Source: Protoeuglena noctilucae (lineage: Eukaryota). Taken from it: a DNA stretch of 64,000 nt. The position numbers were made by a program, and so were the translations under genes. How positions within the stretch are numbered: the stretch's first letter is position 1; every line of letters begins with the position of its first letter. The notes beneath the pieces are model-generated. The model saw only the letters and a program-made list of their open reading frames with translations. It made no database searches and was not told where the DNA came from. Where the stretch lies: the NCBI GenBank assembly GCA_958009085.1, contig OY253685.1, forward strand, positions 682,001 to 746,000. The letters run 5' to 3'. Of this stretch, positions 47,752-62,424 are shown piece by piece.

Positions 47752-50467
47752 TCACCCGCGCAGAGACCCCGCTCCACACCCGGACACCACGCACCCGCTG
47801 TGCAAGAGAGTCCCAACGTCGCACAACAGGCCTTCGAGCTTGCAGTCAGTGATCTCCACATCTCGCACCTCCGCCTGCCCGCCATCAAAACAATACACCC
47901 CACAGCCCTCCCTGCTCCCTGATATGTGGCCCCCGCGCACAACCGCCTTGCTGCCATACCCGCTAACGAACACGCCATTGAGCTGGCAGTCCGCAACCTC
48001 CACGTCCCGCAGCTCCACCCGCCCGCCGTCCCTGCAAAGCACCCCGTGACCATCCTTGGACCCCACGATGCGCCCCCCATGCACCACCGCCTTGCTGCCA
48101 TTGCCATAAATCAGCAAGCCGCACAGGCTGACGTCGATGACCTCCACGTCCCGCAGCTCAGCCTGCCCACCATCATGGCAGCCCAACCCATGACCCTCCT
48201 GGGACCGCACAATGTGCACTCCCTGCATCACCACCTTGCTGCCCTTGTCTGAAATGGCAACACCGCACTCTTTGAAGTCGGAGATCTCCACGTCCCGCAG
48301 CTCCAACCGCCCGCCGTCCCTGCAAAGCACCCTGTGCCCATCCTTGGACCCCACGATTCGCCCCCCCTGCACAAACCCCTTGCTCCCATGACCCAACACC
48401 CCCAGCCCCGCGAATATTGTCTCCGTCACATGCGTGTCAATGAGCGTCACTTGCCGGCGCCCGCTGCACACGATGTTAGCCCCCACCACACGCATGCCCT
48501 CCAAACGCAGCTTCGCTTCCGTCATAACGGCGAAAGCGACTCTATCCACAACCGACACGCCTACCACCGTCCCATTCCGCACCGTCGCCTCCACTCCCGC
48601 TCCCGCCACCACTGCCGCGCGCGGCAGCGCCACCTCCCTGCCCCCCAGGTCCACCACTCCCCCCCTCTTCACCGCCTCCACCTCGTCCCCCGTCCACACC
48701 TTCGCCGCCCCGCCTGCGCCCAATGCCCCCGCAGACCCTGCCGGCCCTGCCGGCCCTGTCACTGCGGACCCGACCGTCCTCATCACCGCCCTCTCCGCCA
48801 CCCGCACCCTCGCCTCCACGTCCGCCCACTCCAGCCCCGCCCCGTCCAGACCCACCCTCCCCACCACCGCCTCCCACGCCGCCCTGCGCCGCAGCTCGCT
48901 CGGCTGCCCCAGCACATGGCTGCACCAGCGCCACCCACCACTGCTCCTCCGCCCGCTCCCATCCCTGTCCGCCCGCTCCCGCCCCCACCCCCACGCCCAC
49001 GCCCGCCAGCCCCCGCGCGACACTCTCCACGCTCGTGCACCCCTCCCTGCGCACACCCACACCACGGCGGCACATCAACACGCACTCCCGCCACGCACCC
49101 CGAGACAACACTGTCCATGACCGCCAACCCCTGCATTTTTCCATTCGGCCCCTCAACAGCACCCCTGACAGCCCCGCCGCCCCTCGCCTGTTCTCCCTCG
49201 CCGCCCTCAGCATCTCCGCCACGCTCGTCCGCTCCCCCGGCCGCCCCACCACCGCCCCCCGCAGCGCCGACCGCAGCGGCTCCGGCACCGACTCCGCCAC
49301 CTCCGGCAGCCGCCCCAGCGCCACCACGTCCGCCATCACCTGCTGCGCCAGCTTGCCCCCGAACGGCGCCCGCCCCGCGCCGCGTGGCTCAGCGTCACCG
49401 CTGCCGCGTGCGCGTCCGACGCCGCCGTCGCCTGGCCCAGCTCCGAGTCCCACTGCCCCGGAGCCATGTACTGCGCCCCGACCAGCCCCCCGCGCACCCC
49501 ACCGCCCCCCCCCCCCCCCCCCCCGACTAGCTGCAGCTGCAGGCCAGCCACGCAAACGGTCCGTCAGGCTTAGCACACCGCACGCAGCCTCGCTGGCCCG
49601 TCCTCTGCGCCACTGGTTGTCCGGCATCCACCCATGCCCTAAAGCCATGCGCTGCCTTAGCGCCCCGCTCGCGCCCCTGCACACCCCCGCTCACCGGCAC
49701 CCCCATCCTCTCCGCCACCGCCCCCAGCCTGTAGTCCGCCAGCACCACCCCGCCCCCCTCCTCCACCAGCACGTTCGCCGGCTTCACACCCCCGTGCACG
49801 ATCCCCCGCTCGTGCAGCTCCCGCAGCCCCTCCAGCACCTGCACCGCCACCTCCGCCACCTCGCCCGCCGCCAAGCCCCCGTTCTCCGTGATGCGCTGCG
49901 CCAGCGACCCCCTCTCGTACACCGGCGTCACCACGTGCAGCCGCCCGTCCCTCACGCACACGCCCAGCACCCTGCGCGCAGGGTGGCCACACAAGGCGAC
50001 GGTGGGTACCCACTGCTTCGCACGCGCACACGAACTGACGCCATCCCATACCATGTACGCACGACACACCACCACACCGTGCTGTCACATCATCCACCGC
50101 ATCGCAACCCCTCCTACGAGCTCCTCATGCATCCACCACGCAAGCCACACCGCGGCCCCCCGCCTCACGGGCACACGTGCCGGCTGCCCTCGGTCGCCGC
50201 CGCCATCCGCCGCAGCTCCTCCAGCCCCCGCTCCAGCACCGCCCCCTCCGACCCCGCCGCCACGCCGCTCATGTCCGCGTCCAGCCGCTTGATCGCCACG
50301 GGCCCCTCGCGCCCCCGCCACCGGCCCCGGAACGCCGAGCCCTGCCCGCCCCGCCCCAGCGGCTCGCCCACCTCCACCTCGCCCTCTGCGATCATCCGAT
50401 CCCCGCCGCCGCCGCCACTGCCGCCTCCGCCGCCTCCATCCTCTTCCCGCATACCCTCCCCAAGCAT
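47752..50467 (-). CDS. Protein-kinase-fold (probable pseudokinase) + right-handed beta-helix repeat protein, copy B; apparent 1-nt frameshift near 49375, may be a pseudogene
   Basis: LGRGGQGSAFRGRWRG..PVAIKRL, VLGVCVRDGRLHVVTPVYERGSL, LRELHERGIVHGGVKPANVLV, LADYRL, QYMAPGQW, RAPFGG and RPGERTSVAEML, then a linker and the 47752-49065 ORF of RDVEI-DC / V-QGGRI-GS repeats. Confidence 0.75.
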
Positions 50468-50996
50468 CTCTGCGGGCCGTCCCCCGGGGCGTCGCTCGCT
50501 GCCCACACATTGCCATGGTATGAATACACATTGCTGCACCTCATCGCACTCCTCGCGTGCGCTGCCGGGGGTCCCGAGCGTCTGCTGCACCTCCGTGCCT
50601 TTGCTAGGCGGAACCAGCCCCCGCGGACGCCGCCCGCCCCCGCAAACGACTCCCGCACCTGTCGACGTCTCGTACGGCATGCATGCCACGTAATGAACGC
50701 GGCCCGCTCACCTCCCTCTCCGGGAAGCCCGTCCCCGCTCGTTGCTCAGGGTTGCTCAGGGTGCCTGGGATCGCCGCGAACGCCCGCGCCGTCGGAACGC
50801 GCGATCGGCCCGATCCTGTCCCAGGACCATCGCCGGTGTCTTGTGGTCGCCGCGTCATGCTGCTCGCGGCCCTTCCAGGCGGGCCCAGCTCCGCCAGTCA
50901 GCCTGCCCGTGCCGGCAGGGTGGCGTCGCTTTCAGGCCGCCGCGCCGGCGCCGCCGTTGCCGATCTCGCACCAGGGACACTCGCAGACGCGCAGGG
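50460..50996. repeat. Upstream region of copy B, paralogous to 31660-32200
   Basis: Near-colinear similarity, e.g. cgcgaacgcccgcgccgtcggaacgcgcgatcggcccgat and gctgctcgcggcccttccaggcgggcccagctccgccagtcagc in both copies. Confidence 0.9.
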
Positions 50997-51060
50997 TCCT
51001 GCCTTTCTTGCGCTATGATGGCTTGCCCGATGCGGCAGATTGAGTCAACATGTCCCAGTC

Positions 51061-54045
51061 TCACAGCGCCAAGGGCTGCCAGCACCCGCTTCCGTCCGTG
51101 CCAAACTTCGCGATGGCGTGCTGCAAGCTCAGTGACAGCGGCGGGCCCCCACTCATCCAAAACAGCGGCAGCCGTGACGGCTGCGACGACGAGACCAGCT
51201 CCATGTGCTGCGGGGAACAGCGGTGCAGGCTGGGTGGGCCTTGCGAGGAGACAGACACCCAGCCAGAGAGCCGCAACAGCTTTGATGATGCAGGAGCACG
51301 CGCAGAGGCCTGATGCGGGTCGACCGTACCTTGTGTGTCAGACGCATCGTGCTGTCTCTCGTGTCCGCCGAGCGACCCCGCCTCGACCGGCTGCGGCCCG
51401 GGCTCCCCAAGCGGGGCTGACGGAGCGACGAGGCCGGCAGTCGGCTCGCACCCCTGCAAGCAGCACTAATGATTGAGACACTTGGTACTTTGCCCGGCAC
51501 ACGCTCGCAGCCCTTGTGAGGGCCTTCCAGCGCGGCCCTACCCTAAGCCAGCATGTCCAGCACCTGAACGCAGGCATGGAGACGGACGGCACTGCCTCGG
51601 CCTCCTCTGCACTGCCGTGCAGCCGCTGGGGCGCCCGCACGTGCAGCCCCGCGTCCGCTCCTGGCGAGAAGATGTTGCGGACGCGGCGCAGATGCTCGTC
51701 AGGGTCCTCCAAACTCGATTTCAGCGCCGCCCCTCGCGAACTCAGCCTGGATCCCAGCCCTCCCGCGTCCCTGGCGTCCTGGCCCTGCCCCGCCCGGAGT
51801 CCGTCCGCACCTGCCACCGCCAACTCGTCCACCGCATCGACCCCAGCAGTCACGGCGCCGCCGTCGCGGTCGCTCGCCGCACCTGCATGATCGGGTGACG
51901 CCCCGCCTGCCGCAGACCGACTCGACCGTGAGGAGTGCGCGCCGCCACGTCCGCCCGCGCCCGCGTGCATTGCCGAGAAGGACAGCTCCTCCCGGACCGA
52001 CTCGCGCGCGGAATGCGGCACCGCCGAGGCCGACGGGGGGCGCCCCGCCCTGTCAGGCCCGCCGCCATCACCATCCTGTGCTGCAGCAGGTCCAGGCAGG
52101 GGACCACGCCCGTCTCCCGCAGCTGCCCCCGACGTTTCTGGCTCCTGGGACCCAGCAGCGGCCCCACGCGTCCTCGGCCCATGGCCCCGACGCCGCGGCG
52201 GGCTGACGGCGGGCGGCGGTTTGCGGGTCCGCTCCAGCGGATGCACCTCTCGGGCCAGCGCGATCGAATCCCCCTCACCCAGCACCGACGATCCCACCGC
52301 TCTCTTCGCCTCCGCGCCCTCGTTCCTGGGCCCGGATGCGAGGTGGGAGTCGCCAGGCCTGACAGGCCCCTCCTCAGGCGCGTCCTCTGCGCCTTGGCCC
52401 CACTGGGCCCTCGCGGCAGACAGAGCCGAGTCGAGAGACCGCGCAGACCTGCTCATACGCTTGCTGGCGTTGACCCAGGGTGCACCCGCCAGGAACGGGG
52501 GCCGGACCTTGGCCACTGGCCCCGTTCCCGGCAGCCCCCCGTCGGCCGCGTCCAGCGCGCTCGTCCTGACGCCGGGAACCTTCGCCGGGGGCCACCCAGC
52601 GTCCGCGCGAGCCTCGCCCGGAGCCCCGCGACCCGCGCCGACCCCGTCGCGCCTGCCGCTGTACCACCCTCCGCCGGGCCCCATCCCATCGGACGCCGCA
52701 AACGCGGGCAGGCTGCCAGGGACCACCACAGACGGCGACGTGGCCCTGGGAGACCCCTCCCCGTCGCTTACAGAGCCCAGGTCTGGGATTGGCACGGACG
52801 GCAGGCCCACGCCCACCCACTGCGTCCGCCCGTCGCCCCGCCCTGGGACGCGCCCCGAGGGAGCGTGCTGACGGGGCCGCTCTTTCTTGGGGCCGACGCC
52901 CCAGGGCCTGCGCTCGCGGCTAGCGACCCCCGCCCCTGCTACCTGCCTCGCGCTACCCTGCAGCGCCTCCCACGTGCTCGCGCTACCTCGCTTTGTCGCG
53001 GACCGGTCTTCCGTTGAGTCGCCACCTCCGTCCACCAGCAAGCGCGGCTGCGTCGCGCGCGGCATCGTCAGGCGCCGGTCCGACGCCCTGGCCATGGCAA
53101 CAAGGCTCGGGCTGGGGGGCGCAGCTGCAGGGTCAGCCACCGCAGCACCGGCGGTGTCCTCTCCGTCATGCGCGGGCGTGGCAGCCGCGATGGCCGGGTC
53201 GGCCAACGCATCCGCCCGTCCCTCGGAGTCTTTGGCTCCGATGTCATGGACCCTGCCCTGGCTCGCCTCGCGCCCCTCAGCACCATCGCCACGCACCCCG
53301 ACCGTCACCGCCCCGTCCGCAGCCCCGCCCGGTGCCTCCGAAGACAAACCGTCCCCGGCCACGTGCCCCGTGTTCTCCCTTTCCCCGACCGCCGCCTTTT
53401 CGTCCGCAGGCTCGGGAGCCGCCGCCCCCACGTCCGTGCTGCTGACGGCCAGGTATGACCCAGGTATGCTGTGCTCCGGCCGAGGTGGAAGGACGTCATT
53501 CAGGGTCGGCCTCTCTGCCTCGCCCCGGCCCTTGGCCGCACCGCTGTCCACGGCCTTGGCGGTGGAGGTCGCATCGGCGCGGCCTCGGCCACTCGCGCGC
53601 GCGTTCTTTCCGCGCGCGTCGCCCCGACGCCGTCGCGGGGAGGTGGCGGGCGGGTGCGAGGGCCAGCGTTCGAACACCCTCGACTCGGGCACCGGCGGCC
53701 CCAGGACGTCTAGCTTGGGGACTTTGATGACCAGGGAGGGTGCTGGGGTTGGCGCGGCTGGCATGCCCGGGGAGGGCAAACGCGAGCCGAGGGGTGTTTG
53801 GAGAGCCGAGTCGATGAGCGCGCTGCGGAGGCAAGGAAGTGCTTGCAACACTGAGAAGGCTGCGACTGGCAGTGCACAAGCAGGGTGGGCGTGCGGCAGT
53901 GGGCTGGCCTGGGTCACCTGACAGGGTTGCGCGTCGCCGTGTCTGGGGACGCTGGGATGTGAGGATCAAAGAGGATCGTGTTGGGCATGAAGGGCAGGCG
54001 GTTGGAGGACCCCCATGGCCCGCCGTGTACGGTCTTGGGGCCCAT
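51061..54045 (-). CDS. Unknown, largely low-complexity/disordered protein (~890 aa), about 4 exons
   Basis: Exon1 54045-53918 (MGPKTVHGGPWGSSNRLPFMPNTILFDPHIP...) joins in phase via GT-AG intron 53823-53917 to the long A/G/P/R/S-rich ORF. Plausible downstream exons end ...WQPLAL* at 51061. No family recognised. Confidence 0.55.
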
Positions 54046-54065
54046 GGCGACGTGTTGGTGGGGGG

Positions 54066-54720
54066 TCAAGCGGAGCGGCGGAAGAGAAACCACCACACGA
54101 GGAGGAGGACGGTCGTGAACCCGACCACGAGATACAGGGGCCGGATGGACAGGTGACGTTTCACTTTCTTCTCGAAGTTCTGGACGGTCTGTGCGAGCAT
54201 GCCACGGGTGTTGGCGAAGCCGTCCGCCTGCGTCAAGGAGCCCGGGATGTCAAGCGTCACAAGAGAGCTCGAGAACTAGAAAAGGGGTTCCGGCAGCACG
54301 CGGCTCGCGGGCCCGCACCATGCCACGAAGGACGGAGTTCTGCGAGTCGGCCTCCGTGTGCAGGTTATGGGTGAGGTTCTTCAGCAAGGAGACCCTGTCG
54401 CCGATGTCCGCTATCTCGACATCGTTCTGCTTCTCGAGCGACTCCGGATCCTGCGGGCGCGGCGCGGAGCCAGGGCCTTGGCAGGGCGCCCGACCTTGGC
54501 AAACGCCGAGAGGGATGGCAGAGGCGGCGAGTCGTCGCCAGGATGGAGCCTTCGGCATGGAGTGAAGTGCTGTCGCGGAGCTGCTGTCGGGAGCGGCGAC
54601 TGCTGGCCAGAAGCAGCACGGCGAGGGAAGCAGGCCTGCGCTCACCGCGCGCTGTGATGAACTTGTCCCGGGAGCCCCGCCGTCGTCTCCGAACAGTGCT
54701 CCCCTGCGGCCTTGCCGCAT
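54066..54720 (-). CDS. BET1: Qc-SNARE Bet1-like
   Basis: MRQGRRGALFGDDGG...|DPESLEKQNDVEIADIGDRVSLLKNLTHNLHTEADSQNSVLRGM|ADGFANTRGMLAQTVQNFEK...LYLVVGFTTVLLLVWWFLFRRSA*: SNARE coil plus C-terminal TM, resembling plant BET11. Introns 54451-54645 and 54228-54318. Confidence 0.88.
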
Positions 54721-55112
54721 CGCTGCGACGGCGACGAAGCCGTGTGGGTAGAGGGTCCACGCGCCACCCGCAACATGCCGCTGCCCCAGAGACGGCCGCA
54801 CCGCCACATCCACGAGCCGCGGCGCTTCCTCAGCAATGTCTTCAAGGCATCCTTCTTGTTCCCGACGCACCTGGCACGCCCTGGCCCCGCAGGATGGCTG
54901 AGCTCTAGTCCGTCGGTGCAGGGGCACCGCGCTGGCTCGACACAACGACGCCCCTCGCAATCTCCGTCTGAAAAGGAAGGCAGTGGCGTCGCAGTGGAAG
55001 CACACATGGCTTTGGGTATGCCCTCACCCTCCCCGCAAAGTTCCATTTCTGCCACGCGGGCGCTGGGCCGGCAACCAGACCAGTGGAACTCATCACTTCA
55101 CACTGCTGATTC

Positions 55113-58547
<3,435 letters not shown>

Positions 58548-59008
58548 AGCGCTGCGTGATGGCCTAACATCACGGACGCACGGATCAACTCTTCATCCCA
58601 CGCCCTCCCAGTTTAGATCATCTTAGGTCGCACAGGCCCCAGCTCTTGCTAGGCGACCATTGAAACTGTCGAAATCCACTGGGTGGACCCGGCGGGAAGC
58701 GCGCAGCGAGCTCTGGAAGCAATGTGCGCCAGACAAACGTCAGGGAGCGGGTCGCGCCAAACCCAGGCGCGGCAACCCAAGGGCTGCATTCCGCGGATCG
58801 ACGTTGCCAAGTTGCGTGTCGTGCGGCTCCTGTACTCTACAGCTGAGGAACTCGACTGACGGCTGCAAATCTGGGCAGTGAAGCGCGCCTGGTTTCTCCC
58901 GCGGGTCAAATCGCCTTCCCCGCCCCCGCCCGGCAGCGAGCGCGAGTCAGGGCGTAGAGCGCTTGTCGGCGCCGGCACCGCCATATCTCACCGGATTGGG
59001 CGAACGCG

Positions 59009-60334
59009 ATGGACCTGCAGCGGGTGCAGAAGGTAAGGGCCAGCGCGCACAGCGGGGGCTCGCGGGGCGGCGTCCATGGTCGCCTCGCGCTCGTGTGACG
59101 CGACTGCACCCGCTACGTCGCCGCTGCTCGCCAGCGCGAGCAGATTGGCGAGCCGTTTGGGTCCGCCTCGTCGTGTTGCGTCCCCGCGTCGCTCCCGGCC
59201 CCCTCCGCGCATCTAGGCGCGCGACTGCCTCGGTCGCAGCGCATGGCCGTTCCTCGCCCGCCTCGCGTCCGACGCCCCGCGCGTCCGAACTCCCGTCCTC
59301 GACATCACCCGCAGGAGCTCAAGGACATCCAGAAGGACGGGAACAGCGGCGTGAAACTCGAGCTGTCGAGCGGTGGCAACTTGAAAAAGCTGAGAGGGTA
59401 CATCGACGGCCCCACCGACTCGCCGTACCAGGGCGGCCTGTTCGAGATCGACATCGAGCTCATGGACGACTATCCCTTCTCGCCTCCTAAGGTGCTTGCC
59501 GGCTCCTGCTCATACGAATCGATCCCGCTCTCCGGTGGCTGCGTGAACCAGCGCCCGTCATCCGTCGGCGAGCCCAGCTTGGCCCGCACCGTTCGACGCG
59601 GCCACCTTTGGCTGCCGTCTTGGTTCTGATCCTCCCCCGTCGTCCCACCTCTTGCAGATGAAGTTCATCACGCGCGTGTGGCACCCCAACGTGTCCTCCC
59701 AGACCGGCGCCATTTGCCTGGACATCCTGAAGGACCGGTGGTCCCCGGCCCTCACGCTTCGCACGGTGAGAACGACTGGGCATCAACTCAGCTTCAGCTG
59801 GGTATCTGTCATGCTTGGGGCGCGCGGTGGGAGCGGGTCTACGAGCGCTCTCAGCCCGCAGTTCGATTGACCAAGGTGTTGTGCAGCACCCAGCACCAAC
59901 ATCGCGACGTGACCTCTTGGCTCACAGGCGCTCCTGTCCATCCAGGCGCTGCTCATGTCTCCGGAGCCCAGCGACCCGCAAGACGCGCAGGTCGCTCAGA
60001 TGTACATGAATGACCGCCCGCGCTTCGACCAGACGGCCCGGTACTGGACGGAGTCGTATGCCATGGGGAAGACGCACGCCGACAAGATACGAAACGTCGT
60101 GGAGATGGGTTTTCCGGAGGTGAGAAGCGGTGGAGAGATTCGAGAGAGGGTGTATGTGCGCATGGGCTGTGCTTTGCTGTGCGGCAGTGGGCGGGTTGGT
60201 GTGGACTGAGCTGCCGTTGGCCATGCCCACCCCTCACGATCTATCTCCGCTTGCAGGCAGCCGCCAGGGCCGCATTGGAGGAGATGGTGTGGGACGAGGC
60301 AGCAGCACTCGAGAAGCTGTTGACCGGGGCTTAG
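59009..60334 (+). CDS. UBC27: Ubiquitin-conjugating enzyme E2 with C-terminal UBA domain (UBE2K/UBC27/Ubc1 class)
   Basis: [16 protein letters not shown]...[16 protein letters not shown]...[61 protein letters not shown]...VEMGFPE|AAARAAL...ALEKLL: active-site Cys and UBA MGF motif. Confidence 0.93.
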
Positions 60335-60538
60335 GGTGTGGGTGATGCCAGCCGCCCATGCTCCTTTGGCGGGGGTGTGCTGTGATGTGCCCGCGTGGAG
60401 CAGGTAGCCCGGATGTTGGCTTCAAATGCATCTCCGCAGTTAGGCAGCGTCCATGGCGAGAACGAGGCACGCCAAAAGAGTGGGCGACTGCCAAGCACGA
60501 CATCCTTGGCAAGTCCTCGCCAGTCGCTTCCCCTCTCG

Positions 60539-62064
60539 TCAGCCCCGTTTCGCCTTCTTCGAGGGTGGGCCACCCTTGTGCACGTTCTTGCCGACTGCGC
60601 GGCAGAAGGGGCGTGGTAAGAACGGATGCGCGCGTCGTGGCACAAAGCAGACCAGCGTCGCACATGTGCATGCTGCATCCGCACCTTGCGCAAGGCTCAT
60701 GAGGTCCCCGAGGTCCATCAAAGCTCCCGACGGCTTGGCCTGAGCTGCTCCGGGCTTCTTCTTCTTCCCATGCTGTCCTGTGCCACCTGTCAGCCCCAAC
60801 ACCCTCCCCAGCGCCTGGCCGCCACTCGCACCCGCTCGGCCAGCCTCAGAGCCAGCGCGAGGCCCTCCACCAGCCGAAGTCGCCGCAGTGGCCCTTGATG
60901 CGCCCTCTGGTGCCCTCGCAGCACCCCGGCCAGGCACAGGGCCCAGCGTGCGCATCCCGGACTTGGTGAAGGCGACAGCGTGCACAGGGCGACGCGGCCC
61001 TGCCTCCTCGATCCCTCCGCGATCCTCCGGTCCCGAAACCAATTCCCTGGTTTGAGGAACATCGCCTGGATGACCCCCGCGCCCGCCCCCATCACTGCAG
61101 GGGCCTCGATGTCGACCCCCGTCGACCTGGCCCAAGTCCGACGCAAACCCGACCTGCTCACGCCTCATCTCAAGCCCCTGGGGAACCGACACCCCATCAA
61201 CGGCATAATTGGGGCGATCTGAATGCCCCTGCCCGTCGTTGCTGCCGTCGTTGCCATCGTCGACCTCTCGCGTTGCCTCTCCACACTCGCGGTCAGCAGC
61301 GGCCCCCGTCGCCCCGTCCGTGCCCGTGTCAATGGCCCTCTCCGACTGCTGAGCATCCAGCCCATGACCGACGTCCTGACTGTTTTGCAATACACCGATG
61401 GAGGACGGTCTCGCGTCGCCAACGTCACGCGCGTCGGCTTTGCCTGCGCCGCCCGCAATGCCAGGAAAAGCCCTCCCCGCGGCGTCTCGGTCGGAAAAGG
61501 TAAACACGGTCGACTTGCAGCACAGGTTGCACTCCCGGAGGGCACCCACGCTGTGGTGTGCGGGCGAGGCACCTGCGAGGGTCCAGGGACGTGCGCATTG
61601 CCATTCACTGCGCCGCCCCGGCTCTCGTTGGGCCTACAATGGGCTTGCGCCATCACCAGCGGGAAGTTTTCGGTTCTTCTTGGACTGCCGCTTCCGGAAT
61701 GACCGCTTCAGGGCCACGAGCCGGACCGGCGCGATGGTCCCGTAGGGCTTGCCGCAGCTCCCGCACACGGTGTTGAGGCGGGCCTTGGAGATTGGCACGC
61801 CATGCTTGTCCGCTGCCCGGAAAGCATAGCGGGACAGGTGAGCCGCCAGCTGCGGGGGCAGGGTCGAAAACCGGCAATGAGTTGCAGCACACGCCGGGCC
61901 CAACCAGCGCAGCGAGTGAGTTAGAGTGGCGCACGCACCCGCTCTGTGTATGCTACGTCCTCTCTCCGCACGACAGCGGCCGCGGACAGGAGGTAATGCA
62001 CAGCGTTGCCCTCGGGAGTGGCCGCAGCCGCGCGCTTTGACTGCACGCGCAGGACGGGAGGCAT
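60539..62064 (-). CDS. RNase P/MRP subunit Rpr2/Rpp21/Snm1-like zinc-binding protein with a long low-complexity C-tail
   Basis: AVHYLLSAAAV|LAAHLSRYAFRAADKHGVPISKARLNTVCGSCGK...RECNLCCKST mirrors the Rpp21 pattern (NFLYQAA...LARFY...KRTLCRGC...QTCLTC); Lys-rich C-terminus. Confidence 0.6.
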
Positions 62065-62424
62065 GAGGGTGAGGGAGGAACGGAGCAGCGTTGACTAATC
62101 AGGTGTCGGAAGTAGGACGCAATGGAAGAGTCTGAATCAAAAGCAGGCGTGGGAAATGCGCGGACGACTGGCATGCGGGACTGGCGCGCTGCTGACCGCG
62201 ACCATTCCGGACACTGCGGCGTTGTATTCGCAGAAAAGCACGTGGTCTTCCCTCGCGTGTATCCAGGAAGCAGGTCGTCGCCATCGCAGGCGCTCACGAC
62301 GCATCCACATCTGCTGGTGGACTCCTGCCGCTCCCGGCGCCCCTCGATGGAAGCTGTCGGTCGAGGCGGCAACTAAATTAGCAAAGGGGCGAAGGGCCCC
62401 GCGGGTGTGAAGGGCGGGGAGGCC

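Noticed and set aside
54721..55055. Possible extra ORF or N-terminal extension upstream of BET1
   Set aside because: BET1 similarity begins at ATG 54720; upstream frames show no recognisable motif and fall in the short shared promoter/UTR region with FtsH2.
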